64,000 bases of DNA from an uncultured Actinomycetes bacterium (GTDB lineage: Bacteria; Actinomycetota; UBA4738; HRBIN12), in the NCBI GenBank assembly GCA_963704725.1, contig OY969934.1, forward strand, positions 704,001 through 768,000, given 5' to 3'. Position numbers and translations under genes: made by a program. The notes under the pieces were generated by a model. That model was not told the origin of the DNA. It made no database searches and worked only from the letters and a program-made list of their open reading frames with translations. The stretch's first letter is position 1. Every line of letters begins with the position of its first letter. Positions 56,489 through 64,000 of this stretch are shown piece after piece.

Positions 56489-58266
56489 CGCGCCGCCCGT
56501 TCGTAGGCGTGGACCATCGCGGCGTAGCCGGGCTCGGTCGCCATGAGCTGCTCGTGCGATCCGCTCGACCGGAGCCGCCCGCGCTCGAGGTACAGGACCC
56601 GGTCGGCCAGCCGGATCGTGGAGAGGCGATATGCCACCACCACGAGGGTGGTTCGGAGCTCGCGGCGCAGGCCGGCCAGGATCTCGGCCTCGACGGTGGG
56701 GTCCACGGCGCTCGTCGCGTCGTCGAGGATCAGGAGACGGGGCTCGCGCACCAGCGCCCGAGCCAGGGCCACGCGCTGGCGCTCGCCGCCCGAGAGCGTG
56801 TGCCCGCGCTCGCCGAGGATCGTGTCGTACCCCTTCGGCAGGGCCCGGACGAACCGGTCGGCCTGCGCGATCGTCGCGGCGCGCTCGACCTCATCGCGGG
56901 TCGCCCCCGAGTCGAGCGCGATGTTCTCGGCCACGGTCGTGGCGAACAGGAAGCTCTCCTGGAACACGACGCTCGCCGCCCGGCGAAGCGACGCCGCGTC
57001 GACGTGCCGCAGGTTCACGCCGCCGAGGACGATCTCGCCACTCGTCGGGTCGTCCAGACGGACGAGGAGCTGCGCGAGCGTCGACTTGCCCACGCCGGTC
57101 GGGCCGACGATGGCCACGGACTCGTCCGGGGCGACCCGGAACGAGACCTCGTCCAGCACCCGCACGCCGCCGAACGCGTACGTGACGGCCTCAGCGCGCA
57201 CCTCGAGGGGACCGTCGGGGAGCGCCACGGCCTCGGCGGGCCGCTCCAGGGTGACCGGCTCCTCGAGCACCCCGACGATGCGCTCGTGCCCTACGACGGC
57301 GCGGGGCAGCTCGGACAGGATCCACCCGACGAACCGCATCGGCCACGCCAGGAGGCCGAACAGCGTGACGACCTGCACGAGCGTGCCGAGAGTCACCTGG
57401 CCCGTCGACAGGCGCCACGCGCCGATCGCCAGGAGCAGGATCGTCGCGATCGAGGGGAGCGCCTCGAGCGCGGGCTCGAACCCCGCCCGGACGAAGCCCG
57501 CCCGGACGCGTTCGGCCCGGAGCTGCTCGGCTCGCTCCCGCAGGCGTTCGACCTCGGCGTGCTCGCGGCCCAGCGTCTTCACCACCAGGGCGCCGTCGAC
57601 CGACTCGTGCGCGACGGCCGAGACCTCGCCGATGCGCTGCTGCGCCCGGCGCGCCGGGCCCTGCATCCGCCGGGCGAAGGAGCGGTTCATCAACGCGAGC
57701 GCCGGCACCATGAGGAGCCCGATCAGCATGAGGAACACGTCCGCGAACGCCAGCGAGACGAGCGCGAACACGACCAGACAGAGCGCGCCGATCGAGAACG
57801 GGATCGGGTAGAGCACGTCGATCGCGGCCTCGACGTCGGCCTCCATGTGCGCGAGCAGCTCGCCCGTGGGCGTGGCGCGGTGGTAGGAGAGCGCGAGGTC
57901 GCGGTACCGGTCGCTGACCCGGTCTCGGAGCGTCGCCCCCACGGCCGAGCCGAGCACGCCGCTGTAGAAGCGCCGGAAGCCGATCCCGACCGCGCGGAGG
58001 ATCGCGAGCCCCATGATCGCCCCGACCGCGAGCCAGATCGTCCCCGTCGACACGCCCCGGCCGAATGCCGGTTTCAGCACCCGGTCCGTCACGCGGCCGA
58101 GCGCCACGGTCACGGCGACCGACGCCACCGCGAACACGAACGCGCCTCCGACCGAGATGAGGAAGGGTCGGGGGTGCGTCCGGACGTGGGAGATGACGAG
58201 GCGCATGCCGCGCCCGAACAGGCCGCGAGCGCCGTCGCTCGCCGGATCGGGGGACGTGATCGCCAT
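56485..58266 (-). CDS. ABC exporter, fused TMD-NBD (degenerate-site partner)
   Basis: GPTGVGKS, LSGGERQR, LDDATS, AYRLST. Confidence 0.92.
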   Translation of the reverse strand: MAITSPDPASDGARGLFGRGMRLVISHVRTHPRPFLISVGGAFVFAVASVAVTVALGRVTDRVLKPAFGRGVSTGTIWLAVGAIMGLAILRAVGIGFRRFYSGVLGSAVGATLRDRVSDRYRDLALSYHRATPTGELLAHMEADVEAAIDVLYPIPFSIGALCLVVFALVSLAFADVFLMLIGLLMVPALALMNRSFARRMQGPARRAQQRIGEVSAVAHESVDGALVVKTLGREHAEVERLRERAEQLRAERVRAGFVRAGFEPALEALPSIATILLLAIGAWRLSTGQVTLGTLVQVVTLFGLLAWPMRFVGWILSELPRAVVGHERIVGVLEEPVTLERPAEAVALPDGPLEVRAEAVTYAFGGVRVLDEVSFRVAPDESVAIVGPTGVGKSTLAQLLVRLDDPTSGEIVLGGVNLRHVDAASLRRAASVVFQESFLFATTVAENIALDSGATRDEVERAATIAQADRFVRALPKGYDTILGERGHTLSGGERQRVALARALVREPRLLILDDATSAVDPTVEAEILAGLRRELRTTLVVVAYRLSTIRLADRVLYLERGRLRSSGSHEQLMATEPGYAAMVHAYERAAR

Positions 58267-58371
58267 CCGTCCATGATGCGGGACGGACGAGACGGTCGCG
58301 GTGTCCCCCAGGTGGTTTCGTCAGATATCAACCCATCGGCCGACTGATCACGGGCCGACCGGGGGCTTAGC

Positions 58372-59058
58372 GTGTCGGCTTTCGACCGGGCAGGAGGGGC
58401 CGTGGCCGGGACACCCACGCGCAAGAGTGCGCCGGCACCGCCTCGGACGGGTCCGAGGGCGGTCTGGGACGACGGGGTCGAGGATCTCCTTCGGGCCTGG
58501 CATCGCCGCGTCGCCGCCGCCGAGCGCGGCCACCGGATCATGTCCGACCGGATGCGCCGCCGCCAGCTCGGTCTGGGCATCCCCGTGGTCGTGCTGACGA
58601 CGGCCGTGGGGACGAGCGTGTTCGCCTCGTTCGGCGAGGCCGACGCGGGCCCGCTCCTGGTCGTGGCCGGCAGCGTCAGCCTGCTGGCCGCCGTCCTGTC
58701 GAGCCTGCAGACGTTCCTGCGCTACTCGACGAGGTGGGAGGGTCACCGGATCGCGGCGATCCGCTACGAGACCCTGCGCCGCGACATCGCCGAGGCCCTG
58801 GCCATCCCGCGCCAGGCCCGAGGCGATCCCGTGAAGCAGCTCGACAGCGTCCGCCAGCGCATGGACCGGTACGCGAAGGAGTCGCCCGCGGTCGGGGAGC
58901 GGCTGTGGGCGCAGATGACGGCCGAGTTCCACCTCTCCGACGTGCCGCCGGACCCGTCGTGGCCGGATCAGCCGATCCGGATCCCGGAGGTCGACCGGCA
59001 GGCCGTGATCGAGGCGCGGGCCGAGTGGGAGCGGAACGAGGAGCAGCGTGGACGCTGA
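58372..59058 (+). CDS. SLATT-domain two-TM protein
   Basis: H......RR...LGIP.VVL...VGTSVFAS, LAAVLSSLQTFL.Y......HR..A.RY..LRR. Confidence 0.75.
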   Translation: MSAFDRAGGAVAGTPTRKSAPAPPRTGPRAVWDDGVEDLLRAWHRRVAAAERGHRIMSDRMRRRQLGLGIPVVVLTTAVGTSVFASFGEADAGPLLVVAGSVSLLAAVLSSLQTFLRYSTRWEGHRIAAIRYETLRRDIAEALAIPRQARGDPVKQLDSVRQRMDRYAKESPAVGERLWAQMTAEFHLSDVPPDPSWPDQPIRIPEVDRQAVIEARAEWERNEEQRGR

Positions 59059-60079
59059 CCTCGTGCTCGAGGGCGGCGGCGTGAAGGGGATCGGGCTCGT
59101 CGGGGCCTACACCCGACTGAAGGAGGCCGGCTACGAGTTCCACCGGATCGCCGGGACGTCGGCCGGGGCGATCGTCGGGTCCCTCATCGCGGCCGACATG
59201 CCGGTGGACGAGCTCCGGCAGGTGATGCTCGAGGTCGACTACGGCAGCTTCCAGGACAAGGGGTTCCTCGACCATCTCGGCCTCGTGGGCAAGGGGGTCT
59301 CTCTGCTCTTCGAGAAGGGGATCTACGAGGGGCGGTACCTGCACGAGTGGCTCGACGGCCTGCTCACCGGACTCGGCAAGCGCACGTTCGGGGACCTGCG
59401 GATCGAGGACGCGGGGAGCTCGCTCCCGCCCGAGCGGGCCTACCGGCTCGTCGTGATGGCCTCCGACGTCACACGGGGACGGATCGCCCGCCTCCCCTGG
59501 GACTACCCGCTGTACGGGCTGAACCCCGACGACCAGCTCGTGGCCGACGCCGTCCGGGCCTCGATGTCGATCCCGTTCTTCTACGAGCCGGTGCGCCTGC
59601 ACGCGCGCGACGACCGCGGCAAGCCGGTCGTCTCCTACATGGTGGACGGCGGCATGCTCTCGAACTTCCCGGTGGAGGTCTTCGACCGCACGGACGGACG
59701 TGCCCCCAGGTGGCCCACGTTCGGGATGAAGCTCTCCGCCAAGCCGAAGGGCCCCGAGCTCGTGAAGTTCGACATCGAGGGGACGTTCGGGCTGGCGCGA
59801 GCGATGGTCGGCACGATGACGAACTTCCACGACCAGATGCACATCGACGACCCGTCGGTGCTGGCCCGCACGATGTTCGTCGACACCGCTCACGTCAAGG
59901 CCACGGACTTCGACATCGACGAGGGAACCCAGGACCTGCTGTTCGCCCACGGCCGGCGTTCCGCGACCAAGTTCCTCGAGGGGTGGGACTTCGATCGGTA
60001 CGTCGCCGAGTTCCGCACCCCGCAGATGGTCGATCTCACGACCCCGTCCGTCGTCGTCGAGACCGGCGGCGACGGCTGA
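59048..60079 (+). CDS. Patatin-like phospholipase
   Basis: EGGGVKG, GTSAG, ASMSIP, VDGG. Confidence 0.92.
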   Translation: MDADLVLEGGGVKGIGLVGAYTRLKEAGYEFHRIAGTSAGAIVGSLIAADMPVDELRQVMLEVDYGSFQDKGFLDHLGLVGKGVSLLFEKGIYEGRYLHEWLDGLLTGLGKRTFGDLRIEDAGSSLPPERAYRLVVMASDVTRGRIARLPWDYPLYGLNPDDQLVADAVRASMSIPFFYEPVRLHARDDRGKPVVSYMVDGGMLSNFPVEVFDRTDGRAPRWPTFGMKLSAKPKGPELVKFDIEGTFGLARAMVGTMTNFHDQMHIDDPSVLARTMFVDTAHVKATDFDIDEGTQDLLFAHGRRSATKFLEGWDFDRYVAEFRTPQMVDLTTPSVVVETGGDG

Positions 60080-60146
60080 CGGGTCGCGCCGGTGCGCGAC
60101 GACCGTCTATCGTGTGCGCGCGAGATCCCGAGGGGAGGCACGCGCC

Positions 60147-60356
60147 ATGACCGAGAGCATCTACCGCGTCACCGAGGTGATCGGCACGAGCACCACGTCC
60201 TGGGAGGACGCCACCAAGAACGCCGTGGAGACGGCGGCGCAGACGCTGCGGGACCTGCGCGTCGGCGAGGTCGTGCGGCTCGACGTGACGATCGACGAGG
60301 GGCACGTGACCTACTACCGGGCGCGCGTGAACATCTCCTTCAAGTACGAGGCGTAG
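60147..60356 (+). CDS. Dodecin family flavin-binding protein
   Basis: YRVTEVIGTS..SWE.A..AV..A..TLR.L, Y....ISFKY; GGAGG RBS. Confidence 0.88.
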   Translation: MTESIYRVTEVIGTSTTSWEDATKNAVETAAQTLRDLRVGEVVRLDVTIDEGHVTYYRARVNISFKYEA

Positions 60357-60369
60357 CGCCCGGGCCCGA

Positions 60370-62313
60370 TCAGGCCACCGCGGCGACGAGCTCGCCGGAC
60401 CGGAAGCGCTCCGAGATGACCTCGGCCGGCACGGGCCGGCTGAAGTAGAAGCCCTGACCGAGCTCGCAACCCTGCTCGGTCATGAAGCGCCACTCGCCCT
60501 CGGTCTCGATCCCCTCGGCGAGGGTCGTCATGCCGAGGCCCTGGCCGAGCTGGATGAAGGCCGCCACGATCTTCGCCGCCTGGGGATCGATGTCGACGCG
60601 CGACACGAACGACCGGTCGATCTTCAGCACGTCGACCGGGAGGGTGCGCAGCCGCCACAGGTTCGAGTAGCCGGTACCGAAGTCGTCGATCGCGAGCCGG
60701 AGCCCCCGCGCGTGCAGGTCCCACAGGATGGCCTGGGCGCGCTCGGGGTCACGCATGGCCGAGGTCTCCGTGACCTCCACGACGACCTTGCGGGGGTCCA
60801 TCGCCCGCTCGTCGAGGCGGCCCAGGATCCGCTCGGCCAGGTCCGGCTGCCAGAACTGCCTGGGGGAGAGGTTGAACCCCATCTCCAGCGTCAGGCCCTC
60901 GCCGCGCCACGCCTCGTCCTGGCGGACGATCTCGTCCACCACCCAGTCGCCGATCGCCTCGATCAAGCCGAGCTCCTCGGCCAGCGGGATGAAGTCGTTC
61001 GGCGGGATCAGCTCGCCGTCCTCGTTGATCCAGCGGACGAGGGCCTCGACCCCCTTGATCGAGCCGGTGGCGAGCTCCACGATCGGCTGGTAGTGCAGCC
61101 GCCACTCCTGGCGGTCGACCGCCCGGCGCAGCTTCTGCACGAACAGGAACTTCGTGGCCGAATCGAGCGCCGAGACGTCGGAGACGGCGAACTTGCCCGG
61201 GCCGGCCGTCTTGCTGGCGATCATCGCGGACTCGGAGTGCACCAGGAGCGACGGGACGTTGTGTGCATCGTCGGGGTACAGGCTGATCCCGATGCTCGCG
61301 GTGGCGAAGACCTGGGTCCCGTCCACCACGAAGGGCTCCGCGAGCGCGTCGCGGATACGGCCGGCGACCGCCTCCGCGTACAGCAGCGGGGTCTGCATGT
61401 CGCCGATCGCGCCGCGCTCGAGGTCGGCGAGCAGGACGAGGAACTCGTCGGCGCCCCGCCGGGCGAGCGTGTCCGTCTCGCGGACGGTGGAGCTCAGCCG
61501 GCCGGCGACGGCCTTCAGGAGCCGGTCGCCGCCCTCCATCCCCAGGGTGTCGTTCGCCAGCTTGAACCCGTCGAGGTCGAGCGAAAGGACCGCCATCGAC
61601 AGGTTGGCTCGGTTCGCGCGCGCCAGGGCGAGCTTCGCGACCTGGGTGAACATCGCCTGGTTGGGAAGGCCCGTGAGGCCGTCGTGGTAGGCGAGGAACT
61701 CGATCCGCTCCTCCGCCTCCTTCTCGGTCGTGATGTCCTGCATGATCCCCTGTGAATGCAGGAACGAACCGTCGGCGCGGCGCACCATCACGGCCTCGTC
61801 GCGCACCCAGACCGTCCGGTCGTCACGGACACACAGCCGGTACTCCATCAGGAAGGGCTCGCCGGTCTCGTTGTGCCGGGCGGTCGCCGCGAGCGCACGC
61901 TCGCGGTCCTCGGGGTGCAGGAGCCTCGGCCACAGGTCGGGGTCCTCGCGCCATTCCCTCACCGAGTAGCCGGTGAGCTGCTCGATCCGCGGGCTGATGT
62001 AGAGGGTGGAGGCGGTCTCGTCCAGTGCGTCGATGTAGACGACGGCCGGCGACTGCTCCACCAGGAGCTTGAACCGCTTCTCGTGCTCCCGGATCTCCTC
62101 TTGCTGGCGGCGCAGCACCGCGGATCGCATCGGGACGACGGCGATGAGCCCGATCGACGCGACCGCGAGCAGGACCAGGGCCGAGTTGCGCAGCAGGATG
62201 AGGTTCTGACTCGTCGTGACCACGACGAGGGTGACGACCGCGCCGACCGCCACGAGCGCGCCCGACAGAACCGCGATCCGGTTGAGCCAAGACTGTGCGC
62301 GAGAAGGAATCAC
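60370..62313 (-). CDS. TM-PAS-GGDEF-EAL c-di-GMP enzyme
   Basis: HPEDR, HDGLTGLPN, DLDGFK..ND, GADEF, YQP, EALVRW, DDFGTGYS, KIDRSF, AEGIE. Confidence 0.92.
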   Translation of the reverse strand: MIPSRAQSWLNRIAVLSGALVAVGAVVTLVVVTTSQNLILLRNSALVLLAVASIGLIAVVPMRSAVLRRQQEEIREHEKRFKLLVEQSPAVVYIDALDETASTLYISPRIEQLTGYSVREWREDPDLWPRLLHPEDRERALAATARHNETGEPFLMEYRLCVRDDRTVWVRDEAVMVRRADGSFLHSQGIMQDITTEKEAEERIEFLAYHDGLTGLPNQAMFTQVAKLALARANRANLSMAVLSLDLDGFKLANDTLGMEGGDRLLKAVAGRLSSTVRETDTLARRGADEFLVLLADLERGAIGDMQTPLLYAEAVAGRIRDALAEPFVVDGTQVFATASIGISLYPDDAHNVPSLLVHSESAMIASKTAGPGKFAVSDVSALDSATKFLFVQKLRRAVDRQEWRLHYQPIVELATGSIKGVEALVRWINEDGELIPPNDFIPLAEELGLIEAIGDWVVDEIVRQDEAWRGEGLTLEMGFNLSPRQFWQPDLAERILGRLDERAMDPRKVVVEVTETSAMRDPERAQAILWDLHARGLRLAIDDFGTGYSNLWRLRTLPVDVLKIDRSFVSRVDIDPQAAKIVAAFIQLGQGLGMTTLAEGIETEGEWRFMTEQGCELGQGFYFSRPVPAEVISERFRSGELVAAVA

Positions 62314-62430
62314 CGCATTCCAGGTATCGGGTCCGAGCGAGCCACCCTGAAGTGGGCCCGATAGGGGATGCCCGGCGCCGGCCGCCGCCCGGCACGGCCC
62401 ACGCCCTGCGCCCCGGCCGAGGGAGCGGGC

Positions 62431-63942
62431 CTAGGGCCGGTGCTCCGTCGCCGCGGCGAGGAGGCGCTCCGCGGTCGCTCGCCACGACCACTCGCGGGCG
62501 ATGAACGCGCGCACCGCATCGCGGAGCTCGTCTCGCTCGGCCCGGGCGATGCCGAGGAGATGGTCGAGCCGGGCGGCCAGGTTCGCCACCGGGTCCGGCT
62601 CCGGCTCGAAGGAGAACAGGCCGGGGTGGCCGACCTCGGCCTCGAGCGCGGAGGCGACCTCGGCAAGGCCGGAGTGGCGGGCGACGAGCGGGAGCGCGCC
62701 GGCCGCCGCACCCTCGGCCGTCACCATGCCGAACGCCTCGTGCAGGATCGACGGCACGACGAGCACGTCCATCGCCGCCAGCGCCCCGGGCGCGTAACGG
62801 TGGTCGAGCCGGCCGGTGAACGAGACCTCGAGTCCCGGCGCCGGTCCCGGCCGGGGCAGGTCCAGGCGCTCCGAGAGCCACGCGAGGGCGTCGGCGTCGC
62901 GTCCGCGGAGCACGAGCGCGAGCGCCTGCAGCCACTCCCGATGGGCGCCGAACCCCACCACCACGATCCGGGCGCGCCGCGAGCACGACGCGGCCGCGAC
63001 GAGCAGGTTCGCCACGCCCTTCTGCGGGATCAGCTTGCCGAAGGAGCCGACGATCGGCGGCGGCACCTCCGCCAGGGCCCGCAGCACCCGGGCCGCGCCC
63101 GGATCGGGCATCTCCTGGTCGTAGCCCGCGGCGAGGGCGTCGAGCGCCTCCCCGTCGCGCCGGGCGAGGGCCCGCTCGACCTCCTGGTCGATCCGGTCCG
63201 GACGGCCGCGCGCGGTCGCCGGGTCCGCCTCCAGGCGCTCGGCGGTCTCGAGCAGCGCGGGGCGGCGCGGTTGGGGGCGGAACACGTCGACGTCGACGCC
63301 GGGCGGGACGGTGCGAACGCGACCTCGGATCTGCGGGACGAGCTCGACGCACCGGCGAAGGACGTCGTCGCTCGACCCGGTGACGGCCCGGCCCGAGGGA
63401 AGCCCCTCGCGCGCCAGGGCCAGGTACCGGGCGTCCTCGCGGATCGCGTACTCGAGATCGCTGCCGTGGATCTTCGTCAGGTACCGGCCGGGGCCGACGG
63501 CGCGGAGCGCGACCGTCGCGCCGGGAACCGCGTGGCCGGCGATGACGACCTCGGTGCCCTGCCATTCGGTCGCGGCGCGAAGGGCGACGGCGTTCGCCTC
63601 GAGGTAGGTCTCGAGCTCCTCGTCCGTGAGGTCGACGAACCGCTTCACGTCGAACCCCTCGTACTCGTCCACCACGAAGACGGGCAGCAGGCGGCCGATC
63701 CGCGGCCGGAGCAGGACGCAGCGGCCCTGCGCGGGCTCCGCGCCGTTCGGACTGAGCTCGGAAACGCCGGACCCGTCGACGGTGCCCGCCGCGTCGATCC
63801 ACGGGTAGCGCTCGGCGTGGAGCTCCTGGCACACGAGCAGGACGTCGTGGCCCCGGGATCGCAGGACCTCGGCGACGCGGGCCGTGTAGACGTTGGACCC
63901 GGAGCCCTCCAGGAGCCACCCGTGCCACAGCGCGATCCGCAC
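62431..63942 (-). CDS. Glycosyltransferase family 4
   Basis: GSGSNVY, PPGVD, GKLIPQKGV, EAFGMV.AE. Confidence 0.85.
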   Translation of the reverse strand: MRIALWHGWLLEGSGSNVYTARVAEVLRSRGHDVLLVCQELHAERYPWIDAAGTVDGSGVSELSPNGAEPAQGRCVLLRPRIGRLLPVFVVDEYEGFDVKRFVDLTDEELETYLEANAVALRAATEWQGTEVVIAGHAVPGATVALRAVGPGRYLTKIHGSDLEYAIREDARYLALAREGLPSGRAVTGSSDDVLRRCVELVPQIRGRVRTVPPGVDVDVFRPQPRRPALLETAERLEADPATARGRPDRIDQEVERALARRDGEALDALAAGYDQEMPDPGAARVLRALAEVPPPIVGSFGKLIPQKGVANLLVAAASCSRRARIVVVGFGAHREWLQALALVLRGRDADALAWLSERLDLPRPGPAPGLEVSFTGRLDHRYAPGALAAMDVLVVPSILHEAFGMVTAEGAAAGALPLVARHSGLAEVASALEAEVGHPGLFSFEPEPDPVANLAARLDHLLGIARAERDELRDAVRAFIAREWSWRATAERLLAAATEHRP

Positions 63943-63950
63943 CGCGGCGG

Positions 63951-64000
63951 CTAGCCCCGGCCGGAGCCGCTGCCGAGGAGGCGGACGACCTCGCCGAGCC
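63951..64000 (-). CDS. 3' end of an upstream gene truncated by the window edge
   Basis: Frame ...LGEVVRLLGSGSGRG* ending at TAG 63951. Confidence 0.35.
   Translation of the reverse strand, partial: LGEVVRLLGSGSGRG

Overview
High-GC window, most likely from an Actinomycetota chromosome (inferred from GC3-rich codons, F420-linked enzyme families, leaderless promoters and RqlH-type RecQ; not verified). It holds about 73 CDSs. I recognised no rRNA, tRNA or CRISPR array. Layout: 1-7.3 kb, an amine/acyl-CoA catabolic operon plus pyk; 7.3-13.8 kb, two VapBC modules, an IS3 scar, an orphan XRE gene and a RecQ(PRTase)-DprA (RqlHI-like) pair; 15.0-18.3 kb, six short co-oriented genes that look lower in GC, separated by a conserved motif (TGTCCACGCGCCCCGGCGC) forming the right arm of imperfect, covarying hairpins. 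This last block looks like an integron/attC-like cassette array with no integrase in the window and is the most notable observation. Further on: 22.9-29.6 kb, a STAND-LuxR regulator coupled to a ferredoxin-nucleotide cyclase fusion plus two unknown membrane proteins; then peptidase, further TA, signalling, ArfB, surface proteins, an ECF sigma pair, amidase, TCS-ABC, a GcvT-SHMT fusion, a heterodimeric ABC exporter, a SLATT-patatin pair, dodecin, PAS-GGDEF-EAL and a GT4. All family calls come from motifs read by eye; no database search, folding or GC computation was run.
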